NCBI GenBank assembly: GCA_964057225.1
Contig: OZ059895.1
Coordinates: forward strand, 2,294,001 to 2,358,000
Source: Auanema rhodensis
Lineage: Eukaryota > Animalia > Nematoda
Direction: 5' to 3'
DNA length: 64,000 nt
The position numbers and the translations under genes were made by a program. Positions 12,637 to 25,623 of this stretch are shown in pieces. The notes below the pieces were generated by a model. The model was not told the DNA's origin. It did no database searches and saw only the letters and a program-made list of their open reading frames with translations. Within the stretch, counting starts at the first letter, position 1. Every line of letters begins with the position of its first letter.

Positions 12637-15444
12637 GATTTGCGCTAGCTTAAAAATGCACCGAGATATCAACTGATATAAGTTCACACTTATATCCTCG
12701 ATTTTCACCCTGAAGAATTGATTTTTTCGTTGAATAACATTGTCTATCGTCTTTGCCTAGAAAAATGGAATCTAAAAACATCTACTTTTTGCTAAATTAT
12801 TTTGAAATTTTTCGAAAAAATTTTTGTCAAAATGTTTTTGGAAGCAATGTTGAGTGTACATGGAAACTCAACATACACTAATGCATCATTTTTCAAACGA
12901 TCATAACTAATTTTTGTATTAAGCGTTTCTCAATGTAGTATAGTGCATTCGAATCGGATTTTTAAGCTGCGTCGATTTGTGTTATCAGATTTGCGCTAGC
13001 TTAAAAATGCACCGAGATATCAACTGATATAAGTTCACACTTATATCCTCGATTTTCACCCTGAAGAATTGATTTTTTCGTTGAATAACATTGTCTATCG
13101 TCTTTGCCTTGAAAAATGGAATCTAAAAACATCTACTTTTTGCTAAATTATTTTGAAATTTTTCGAAAAAATTTTTGTCAAAATGTTTTTGGAAGCAATG
13201 TTGAGTGTACATGGAAACTCAACATACACTAATGCATCATTTTTCAAACGATCATAACTAATTTTTGTATTAAGCGTTTCTCAATGTAGTATAGTGCATT
13301 CGAATCGGATTTTTAAGCTGCGTCGATTTGTGTTATCAGATTTGCGCTAGCTTAAAAATGCACCGAGATATCAACTGATATAAGTTCACATTTATATCCT
13401 CGATTTTCACCCTGAAGAACTGATTTTTTCGTTGAATAACATTGTCTATCGTCTTTGCCTTGAAAAATGGAATCTAAAAACATCTACTTTTTGCTAAATT
13501 ATTTTGAAATTTTTCGAAAAAATTTTTGTCAAAATGTTTTTGGAAGCAATGTTGAGTGTACATGGAAACTCAACATACACTAATGCATCATTTTTCAAAC
13601 GATCATAACTAATTTTTGTATCAAGCGTTTCTCGATGTAGTATAGTGCATTCGATGCGGATTTTTAAGCTGCGTCGATCTGTGTTATCAGATTTGCGCTA
13701 GCTTAAAAATGCACCGAGATATCAACTGATATAAGTTCACACTTATATCCTCGATTTTCACCCTGAAGAATTGATTTTTTCGTTGAATAACATTGTCTAT
13801 CGTCTTTGCCTTGAAAAATGGAATCTAAAAACATCTACTTTTTGCTAAATTATTTTGAAATTTTTCGAAAAAATTTTTGTCAAAATGTTTTTGGAAGCAA
13901 TATTGAGTGTACATGGAAACTCAACATACACTAATGCATCATTTTTCAAACAATCATAACTAATTTGTGTATTAAGCGTTTCTCAATGTAGTATAGTGCA
14001 TTCGATGCGGATTTTTAAGCTGCGTCGATCTGTGTTATCAGATTTGCGCTAGCTTAAAAATGCACCGAGATATCAACTGATATAAGTTCACACTTATATC
14101 CTCGATTTTCACCCTGAAGAATTAATTTTTTCGTTGAATAACATTGTCTATCGTCTTTGCCTAGAAAAATGGAATCTAAAAACATCTACTTTTTGCTAAA
14201 TTATTTTGAAATTTTTCGAAAAAATTTTTGTCAAAATGTTTTTGGAAGCAATGTTGAGTGTACATGGAAACTCAACATACACTAATGCATCATTTTTCAA
14301 ACGATCATAACTAATTTTTGTATTAAGCGTTTCTCAATGTAGTATAGTGCATTCGAATCGGATTTTTAAGCTGCGTCGATTTGTGTTATCAGATTTGCGC
14401 TAGCTTAAAAATGCACCGAGATATCAACTGATATAAGTTCACACTTATATCCTCGATTTTCACCCTGAAGAATTGATTTTTTCGTTGAATAACATTGTCT
14501 ATCGTCTTTGCCTTGAAAAATGGAATCTAAAAACATTTACTTTTTGCTAAATTATTTTGAAATTTTTCGAAAAAATTTTTGTCAAAATGTTTTTGGAAGC
14601 AATGTTGAGTGTACATGGAAACTCAACATACACTAATGCATCATTTTTCAAACGATCATAACTAATTTTTGTATTAAGCGTTTCTCAATGTAGTATAGTG
14701 CATTCGAATCGGATTTTTAAGCTGCGTCGATTTGTGTTATCAGATTTGCGCTAGCTTAAAAATGCACCGAGATATCAACTGATATAAGTTCACATTTATA
14801 TCCTCGATTTTCACCCTGAAGAATTGATTTTTTCGTTGAATAACATTGTCTATCGTCTTTGCCTTGAAAAATGGAATCTAAAAACATCTACTTTTTGCTA
14901 AATTATTTTGAAATTTTTCGAAAAAATTTTTGTCAAAATGTTTTTGGAAGCAATGTTGAGTGTACATGGAAACTCAACATACACTAATGCATCATTTTTC
15001 AAACGATCATAACTAATTTTTGTATCAAGCGTTTCTCGATGTAGTATAGTGCATTCGATGCGGATTTTTAAGCTGCGTCGATCTGTGTTATCAGATTTGC
15101 GCTAGCTTAAAAATGCACCGAGATATCAACTGATATAAGTTCACACTTATATCCTCGATTTTCACCCTGAAGAATTGATTTTTTCGTTGAATAACATTGT
15201 CTATCGTCTTTGCCTTGAAAAATGGAATCTAAAAACATCTACTTTTTGCTAAATTATTTTGAAATTTTTCGAAAAAATTTTTGTCAAAATGTTTTTGGAA
15301 GCAATATTGAGTGTACATGGAAACTCAACATACACTAATGCATCATTTTTCAAACAATCATAACTAATTTGTGTATTAAGCGTTTCTCAATGTAGTATAG
15401 TGCATTCGATGCGGATTTTTAAGCTGCGTCGATCTGTGTTATCA
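12637..15444. repeat. Local 4-monomer (1404 bp) higher-order duplication, M37-40 / M41-44
   Basis: The same order occurs twice: [123A+317AT][317AT][53T,284C,296G][213A,263A,278G]. Confidence 0.78.
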
Positions 15445-18400
15445 GATTTGCGCTAGCTTAAAAATGCACCGAGATATCAACTGATATAAGTTCACACTTA
15501 TATCCTCGATTTTCACCCTGAAGAATTGATTTTTTCGTTGAATAACATTGTCTATCGTCTTTGCCTTGAAAAATGGAATCTAAAAACATCTACTTTTTGC
15601 TAAATTATTTTGAAATTTTTCGAAAAAATTTTTGTCAAAATGTTTTTGGAAGCAATGTTGAGTGTACATGGAAACTCAACATACACTAATGCATCATTTT
15701 TCAAACGATCATAACTAATTTTTGTATCAAGCGTTTCTCAATGTAGTATAGTGCATTCGATGCGGATTTTTAAGCTGCGTCGATCTGTGTTATCAGATTT
15801 GCGCTAGCTTAAAAATGCACCGAGATATCAACTGATATAAGTTCACACTTATATCCTCGATTTTCACCCTGAAGAATTAATTTTTTCGTTGAATAACATT
15901 GTCTATCGTCTTTGCCTTGAAAAATGGAATCTAAAAACATCTACTTTTTGCTAAATTATTTTGAAATTTTTCGAAAAAATTTTTGTCAAAATGTTTTTGG
16001 AAGCAATATTGAGTGTACATGGAAACTCAACATACACTAATGCATCATTTTTCAAACAATCATAACTAATTTTTGTATCAAGCGTTTCTCGATGTAGTAT
16101 AGTGCATTCGATGCGGATTTTTAAGCTGCGTCGATCTGTGTTATCAGATTTGCGCTAGCTTAAAAATGCACCGAGATATCAACTGATATAAGTTCACACT
16201 TATATCCTCGATTTTCACCCTGAAGAATTGATTTTTTCGTTGAATAACATTGTCTATCGTCTTTGCCTTGAAAAATGGAATCTAAAAACATCTACTTTTT
16301 GCTAAATTATTTTGAAATTTTTCGAAAAAATTTTTGTCAAAATGTTTTTGGAAGCAAGGTTGAGTGTACATGGAAACTCAACATACACTAATGCATCATT
16401 TTTCAAACGATCATAACTAATTTTTGTATTAAGCGTTTCTCAATGTAGTATAGTGCATTCGAATCGGATTTTTAAGCTGCGTCGATTTGTGTTATCAGAT
16501 TTGCGCTAGCTTAAAAATGCCCCGAGATATCAACTGATATAAGTTCACACTTATATCCTCGATTTTCACCCTGAAGAATTGATTTTTTCGTTGAATAACA
16601 TTGTCTATCGTCTTTGCCTTGAAAAATGGAATCTAAAAACATCTACTTTTTGCTAAATTATTTTGAAATTTTTCGAAAAAATTTTTGTCAAAATGTTTTT
16701 GGAAGCAATGTTGAGTGTACATGGAAACTCAACATACACTAATGCATCATTTTTCAAACGATCATAACTAATTTTTGTATCAAGCGTTTCTCGATGTAGT
16801 ATAATGCATTCGATGCGGATTTTTAAGCTGCGTCGATCTGTGTTATCAGATTTGCGCTAGCTTAAAAATGCACCGAGATATCAACTGATATAAGTTCACA
16901 CTTATATCCTCGATTTTCACCCTGAAGAATTAATTTTTTCGTTGAATAACATTGTCTATCGTCTTTGCCTTGAAAAATGGAATCTAAAAACATCTACTTT
17001 TTGCTAAATTATTTTGAAATTTTTCGAAAAAATTTTTGTCAAAATGTTTTTGGAAGCAATATTGAGTGTACATGGAAACTCAACATACACTAATGCATCA
17101 TTTTTCAAACAATCATAACTAATTTGTGTATTAAGCGTTTCTCAATGTAGTATAGTGCATTCGATGCGGTTTTTTAAGCTGCGTCGATCTGTGTTATCAG
17201 ATTTGCGCTAGCTTAAAAATGCACCGAGATATCAACTGATATGAGTTCACACTTATATCCTCGATTTTCACCCTGAAGAATTGATTTTTTCGTTGAATAA
17301 CATTGTCTATCGTCTTTGCCTTGAAAAATGGAATCTAAAAACATCTACTTTTTGCTAAATTATTTTGAAATTTTTCGAAAAAATTTTTGTCAAAATGTTT
17401 TTGGAAGCAATGTTGAGTGTACATGGAAACTCAACATACACTAATGCATCATTTTTCAAACGATCATAACTAATTTTTGTATTAAGCGTTTCTCAATGTA
17501 GTATAGTGCATTCGAATCAGATTTTTAAGCTGCGTCGATTTGTGTTATCAGATTTGCGCTAGCTTAAAAATGCCCCGAGATATCAACTGATATAAGTTCA
17601 CACTTATATCCTCGATTTTCACCCTGAAGAATTAATTTTTTCGTTGAATAACATTGTCTATCGTCTTTGCCTTGAAAAATGGAATCTAAAAACATCTACT
17701 TTTTGCTAAATTATTTTGAAATTTTTCGAAAAAATTTTTGTCAAAATGTTTTTGGAAGCAATATTGAGTGTACATGGAAACTCAACATACACTAATGCAT
17801 CATTTTTCAAACGATCATAACTAATTTTTGTATCAAGCGTTTCTCGATGTAGTATAATGCATTCGATGCGGATTTTTAAGCTGCGTCGATCTGTGTTATC
17901 AGATTTGCGCTAGCTTAAAAATGCACCGAGATATCAACTGATATAAGTTCACACTTATATCCTCGATTTTCACCCTGAAGAATTAATTTTTTCGTTGAAT
18001 AACATTGTCTATCGTCTTTGCCTTGAAAAATGGAATCTAAAAACATCTACTTTTTGCTAAATTATTTTGAAATTTTTCGAAAAAATTTTTGTCAAAATGT
18101 TTTTGGAAGCAATATTGAGTGTACATGGAAACTCAACATACACTAATGCATCATTTTTCAAACGATCATAACTAATTTTTGTATCAAGCGTTTCTCGATG
18201 TAGTATAATGCATTCGATGCGGATTTTTAAGCTGCGTCGATCTGTGTTATCAGATTTGCGCTAGCTTAAAAATGCACCGAGATATCAACTGATATAAGTT
18301 CACACTTATATCCTCGATTTTCACCCTGAAGAATTAATTTTTTCGTTGAATAACATTGTCTATCGTCTTTGCCTTGAAAAATGGGATCTAAAAACATCTA

Positions 18401-21400
18401 CTTTTTGCTAAATTATTTTGAAATTTTTCGAAAAAATTTTTGTCAAAATGTTTTTGGAAGCAATATTGAGTGTACATGGAAACTCAACATACACTAATGC
18501 ATCATTTTTCAAACAATCATAACTAATTTGTGTATTAAGCGTTTCTCAATGTAGTATAGTGCATTCGATGCGGTTTTTTAAGCTGCGTCGATCTGTGTTA
18601 TCAGATTTGCGCTAGCTTAAAAATGCACCGAGATATCAACTGATATAAGTTCACACTTATATCCTCGATTTTCACCCTGAAGAATTGATTTTTTCGTTGA
18701 ATAACATTGTCTATCGTCTTTGCCTTGAAAAATGGAATCTAAAAACATCTACTTTTTGCTAAATTATTTTGAAATTTTTCGAAAAAATTTTTGTCAAAAT
18801 GTTTTTGGAAGCAATGTTGAGTGTACATGGAAACTCAACATACACTAATGCATCATTTTTCAAACGATCATAACTAATTTTTGTATTAAGCGTTTCTCAA
18901 TGTAGTATAGTGCATTCGAATCAGATTTTTAAGCTGCGTCGATTTGTGTTATCAGATTTGCGCTAGCTTAAAAATGCCCCGAGATATCAACTGATATAAG
19001 TTCACACTTATATCCTCGATTTTCACCCTGAAGAATTGATTTTTTCGTTGAATAACATTGTCTATCGTCTTTGCCTTGAAAAATGGAATCTAAAAACATC
19101 TACTTTTTGCTAAATTATTTTGAAATTTTTCGAAAAAATTTTTGTCAAAATGTTTTTGGAAGCAATGTTGAGTGTACATGGAAACTCAACATACACTAAT
19201 GCATCATTTTTCAAACGATCATAACTAATTTTTGTATCAAGCGTTTCTCGATGAAGTATAGTGCATTCGATGCGGATTTTTAAGCTGCGTCGATCTGTGT
19301 TATCAGATTTGCGCTAGCTTAAAAATGCACCGAGATATCAACTGATATAAGTTCACACTTATATCCTCGATTTTCACCCTGAAGAATTAATTTTTTCATT
19401 GGATAACATTGTCTATCGTCTTTGCCTTGAAAAATGGAATCTAAAAACATCTACTTTTTGCTAAATTATTTTGAAATTTTTCGAAAAAATTTTTGTCAAA
19501 ATGTTTTTGGAAGCAATATTGAGTGTACATGGAAACTCAACATACACTAATGCATCATTTTTCAAACAATCATAACTAATTTGTGTATTAAGCGTTTCTC
19601 AATGTAGTATAGTGCATTCGATGCGGATTTTTAAGCTGCGTCGATCTGTGTTATCAGATTTGCGCTAGCTTAAAAATGCACCGAGATATCAACTGATATA
19701 AGTTCACACTTATATCCTCGATTTTCACCCTGAAGAATTGATTTTTTCGTTGAATAACATTGTCTATCGTCTTTGCCTTGAAAAATGGAATCTAAAAACA
19801 TCTACTTTTTGCTAAATTATTTTGAAATTTTTCGAAAAAATTTTTGTCAAAATGTTTTTGGAAGCAATATTGAGTGTACATGGAAACTCAACATACACTA
19901 ATGCATCATTTTTCAAACAATCATAACTAATTTGTGTATTAAGCGTTTCTCAATGTAGTATAGTGCATTCGATGCGGTTTTTTAAGCTGCGTCGATCTGT
20001 GTTATCAGATTTGCGCTAGCTTAAAAATGCACCGAGATATCAACTGATATAAGTTCACACTTATATCCTCGATTTTCACCCTGAAGAATTAATTTTTTCG
20101 TTGAAAAACATTGTCTATCGTCTTTGCCTTGAAAAATGGAATCTAAAAACATCTACTTTTTGCTAAATTATTTTGAAATTTTTCGAAAAAATTTTTGTCA
20201 AAATGTTTTTGGAAGCAATATTGAGTGTACATGGAAACTCAACATACACTAATGCATCATTTTTCAAACGATCATAACTAATTTTTGTATTAAGCGTTTC
20301 TCAATGTAGTATAGTGCATTCGAATCGGATTTTTAAGCTGCGTCGATCTGTGTTATCAGATTTGCGCTAGCTTAAAAATGCACCGAGATATCAACTGATA
20401 TAAGTTCACACTTATATCCTCGATTTTCACCCTGAAGAATTGATTTTTTCGTTGAATAACATTGTCTATCGTCTTTGCCTTGAAAAATGGAATCTAAAAA
20501 CATCTACTTTTTGCTAAATTATTTTGAAATTTTTCGAAAAAATTTTTGTCAAAATGTTTTTGGAAGCAATGTTGAGTGTACATGGAAACTCAACATACAC
20601 TAATGCATCATTTTTCAAACGATCATAACTAATTTTTGTATTAAGCGTTTCTCAATGTAGTATAGTGCATTCGAATCGGATTTTTAAGCTGCGTCGATTT
20701 GTGTTATCAGATTTGCGCTAGCTTAAAAATGCCCCGAGATATCAACTGATATAAGTTCACACTTATATCCTCGATTTTCACCCTGAAGAATTGATTTTTT
20801 CGTTGAATAACATTGTCTATCGTCTTTGCCTTGAAAAATGAAATCTAAAAACATCTACTTTTTGCTAAATTATTTTGAAATTTTTCGAAAAAATTTTTGT
20901 CAAAATGTTTTTGGAAGCAATATTGAGTGTACATGGAAACTCAACATACACTAATGCATCATTTTTCAAACAATCATAACTAATTTGTGTATTAAGCGTT
21001 TCTCAATGTAGTATAGTGCATTCGATGCGGTTTTTTAAGCTGCGTCGATCTGTGTTATCAGATTTGCGCTAGCTTAAAAATGCACCGAGATATCAACTGA
21101 TATAAGTTCACACTTATATCCTCGATTTTCACCCTGAAGAATTGATTTTTTCGTTGAATAACATTGTCTATCGTCTTTGCCTTGAAAAATGGAATCTAAA
21201 AACATCTACTTTTTGCTAAATTATTTTGAAATTTTTCGAAAAAATTTTTGTCAAAATGTTTTTGGAAGCAATGTTGAGTGTACATGGAAACTCAACATAC
21301 ACTAATGCATCATTTTTCAAACGATCATAACTAATTTTTGTATTAAGCGTTTCTCAATGTAGTATAGTGCATTCGAATCGGATTTTTAAGCTGCGTCGAT

Positions 21401-22113
21401 TTGTGTTATCAGATTTGCGCTAGCTTAAAAATGCCCCGAGATATCAACTGATATAAGTTCACACTTATATCCTCGATTTTCACCCTGAAGAATTGATTTT
21501 TTCGTTGAATAACATTGTCTATCGTCTTTGCCTTGAAAAATGGAATCTAAAAACATCTACTTTTTGCTAAATTATTTTGAAATTTTTCGAAAAAATTTTT
21601 GTCAAAATGTTTTTGGAAGCAATGTTGAGTGTACATGGAAACTCAACATACACTAATGCATCATTTTTCAAACGATCATAACTAATTTTTGTATCAAGCG
21701 TTTCTCGATGTAGTATAGTGCATTCGATGCGGATTTTTAAGCTGCGTCGATCTGTGTTATCAGATTTGCGCTAGCTTAAAAATGCACCGAGATATCAACT
21801 GATATAAGTTCACACTTATATCCTCGATTTTCACCCTGAAGAATTAATTTTTTCGTTGAATAACATTGTCTATCGTCTTTGCCTTGAAAAATGGAATCTA
21901 AAAACATCTACTTTTTGCTAAATTATTTTGAAATTTTTCGAAAAAATTTTTGTCAAAATGTTTTTGGAAGCAATATTGAGTGTACATGGAAACTCAACAT
22001 ACACTAATGCATCATTTTTCAAACAATCATAACTAATTTGTGTATTAAGCGTTTCTCAATGTAGTATAGTGCATTCGATGCGGATTTTTAAGCTGCGTCG
22101 ATCTGTGTTATCA

Positions 22114-25100
22114 GATTTGCGCTAGCTTAAAAATGCACCGAGATATCAACTGATATAAGTTCACACTTATATCCTCGATTTTCACCCTGAAGAATTGATT
22201 TTTTCGTTGAATAACATTGTCTATCGTCTTTGCCTTGAAAAATGGAATCTAAAAACATCTACTTTTTGCTAAATTATTTTGAAATTTTTCGAAAAAATTT
22301 TTGTCAAAATGTTTTTGGAAGCAATGTTGAGTGTACATGGAAACTCAACATACACTAATGCATCATTTTTCAAACGATCATAACTAATTTTTGTATCAAG
22401 CGTTTCTCAATGTAGTATAGTGCATTCGATGCGGATTTTTAAGCTGCGTCGATCTGTGTTATCAGATTTGCGCTAGCTTAAAAATGCACCGAGATATCAA
22501 CTGATATAAGTTCACACTTATATCCTCGATTTTCACCCTGAAGAATTAATTTTTTCGTTGAATAACATTGTCTATCGTCTTTGCCTTGAAAAATGGAATC
22601 TAAAAACATCTACTTTTTGCTAAATTATTTTGAAATTTTTCGAAAAAATTTTTGTCAAAATGTTTTTGGAAGCAATATTGAGTGTACATGGAAACTCAAC
22701 ATACACTAATGCATCATTTTTCAAACGATCATAACTAATTTTTGTATTAAGCGTTTCTCAATGTAGTATAGTGCATTCGAATCGGATTTTTAAGCTGCGT
22801 CGATCTGTGTTATCAGATTTGCGCTAGCTTAAAAATGCACCGAGATATCAACTGATATAAGTTCACACTTATATCCTCGATTTTCACCCTGAAGAATTGA
22901 TTTTTTCGTTGAATAACATTGTCTATCGTCTTTGCCTTGAAAAATGGAATCTAAAAACATCTACTTTTTGCTAAATTATTTTGAAATTTTTCGAAAAAAT
23001 TTTTGTCAAAATGTTTTTGGAAGCAATGTTGAGTGTACATGGAAACTCAACATACACTAATGCATCATTTTTCAAACGATCATAACTAATTTTTGTATCA
23101 AGCGTTTCTCGATGTAGTATAGTGCATTCGATGCGGATTTTTAAGCTGCGTCGATCTGTGTTATCAGATTTGCGCTAGCTTAAAAATGCACCGAGATATC
23201 AACTGATATAAGTTCACACTTATATCCTCGATTTTCACCCTGAAGAATTAATTTTTTCGTTGAATAACATTGTCTATCGTCTTTGCCTTGAAAAATGGAA
23301 TCTAAAAACAATTACTTTTTGCTAAATTATTTTGAAATTTTTCGAAAAAATTTTTGTCAAAATGTTTTTGGAAGCAATATTGAGTGTACATGGAAACTCA
23401 ACATACACTAATGCATCATTTTTCAAACAATCATAACTAATTTGTGTATTAAGCGTTTCTCAATGTAGTATAGTGCATTCGATGCGGATTTTTAAGCTGC
23501 GTCGATCTGTGTTATCAGATTTGCGCTAGCTTAAAAATGCACCGAGATATCAACTGATATAAGTTCACACTTATATCCTCGATTTTCACCCTGAAGAATT
23601 GATTTTTTCGTTGAATTACATTGTCTATCGTCTTTGCCTTGAAAAATGGAATCTAAAAACATCTACTTTTTGCTAAATTATTTTGAAATTTTTCGAAAAA
23701 ATTTTTGTCAAAATGTTTTTGGAAGCAATATTGAGTGTACATGGAAACTCAACATACACTAATGCATCATTTTTCAAACAATCATAACTAATTTGTGTAT
23801 TAAGCGTTTCTCAATGTAGTATAGTGCATTCGATGCGGATTTTTAAGCTGCGTCGATCTGTGTTATCAGATTTGCGCTAGCTTAAAAATGCACCGAGATA
23901 TCAACTGATATAAGTTCACACTTATATCCTCGATTTTCACCCTGAAGAATTGATTTTTTCGTTGAATAACATTGTCTATCGTCTTTGCCTTGAAAAATGG
24001 AATCTAAAAACATCTACTTTTTGCTAAATTATTTTGAAATTTTTCGAAAAAATTTTTGTCAAAATGTTTTTGGAAGCAATGTTGAGTGTACATGGAAACT
24101 CAACATACACTAATGCATCATTTTTCAAACGATCATAACTAATTTTTGTATCAAGCGTTTCTCAATGTAGTATAGTGCATTCGATGCGGATTTTTAAGCT
24201 GCGTCGATCTGTGTTATCAGATTTGCGCTAGCTTAAAAATGCACCGAGATATCAACTGATATAAGTTCACACTTATATCCTCGATTTTCACCCTGAAGAA
24301 TTAATTTTTTCGTTGAATAACATTGTCTATCGTCTTTGCCTTGAAAAATGGAATCTAAAAACATCTACTTTTTGCTAAATTATTTTGAAATTTTTCGAAA
24401 AAATTTTTGTCAAAATGTTTTTGGAAGCAATATTGAGTGTACATGGAAACTCAACATACACTAATGCATCATTTTTCAAACGATCATAACTAATTTTTGT
24501 ATTAAGCGTTTCTCAATGTAGTATAGTGCATTCGAATCGGATTTTTAAGCTGCGTCGATCTGTGTTATCAGATTTGCGCTAGCTTAAAAATGCACCGAGA
24601 TATCAACTGATATAAGTTCACACTTATATCCTCGATTTTCACCCTGAAGAATTGATTTTTTCGTTGAATAACATTGTCTATCGTCTTTGCCTTGAAAAAT
24701 GGAATCTAAAAACATCTACTTTTTGCTAAATTATTTTGAAATTTTTCGAAAAAATTTTTGTCAAAATGTTTTTGGAAGCAATGTTGAGTGTACATGGAAA
24801 CTCAACATACACTAATGCATCATTTTTCAAACGATCATAACTAATTTTTGTATCAAGCGTTTCTCGATGTAGTATAGTGCATTCGATGCGGATTTTTAAG
24901 CTGCGTCGATCTGTGTTATCAGATTTGCGCTAGCTTTAAAATGCACCGAGATATCAACTGATATAAGTTCACACTTATATCCTCGATTTTCACCCTGAAG
25001 AATTAATTTTTTCGTTGAATAACATTGTCTATCGTCTTTGCCTTGAAAAATGGAATCTAAAAACAATTACTTTTTGCTAAATTATTTTGAAATTTTTCGA

Positions 25101-25623
25101 AAAAATTTTTGTCAAAATGTTTTTGGAAGCAATATTGAGTGTACATGGAAACTCAACATACACTAATGCATCATTTTTCAAACAATCATAACTAATTTGT
25201 GTATTAAGTGTTTCTCAATGTAGTATAGTGCATTCGATGCGGATTTTTAAGCTGCGTCGATCTGTGTTATCAGATTTGCGCTAGCTTAAAAATGCACCGA
25301 GATATCAACTGATATAAGTTCACACTTATATCCTCGATTTTCACCCTGAAGAATTGATTTTTTCGTTGAATAACATTGTCTATCGTCTTTGCCTTGAAAA
25401 ATGGAATCTAAAAACATCTACTTTTTGCTAAATTATTTTGAAATTTTTCGAAAAAATTTTTGTCAAAATGTTTTTGGAAGCAATATTGAGTGTACATGGA
25501 AACTCAACATACACTAATGCATCATTTTTCAAACAATCATAACTAATTTGTGTATTAAGCGTTTCTCAATGTAGTATAGTGCATTCGATGCGGATTTTTA
25601 AGCTGCGTCGATCTGTGTTATCA
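22114..25623. repeat. Local 5-monomer (1755 bp) tandem duplication, M64-68 / M69-73
   Basis: The rare dinucleotide variant AAAAACAATTAC occurs at 23311 and 25066, exactly 1755 bp apart, and the flanking monomer types match. Confidence 0.82.
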
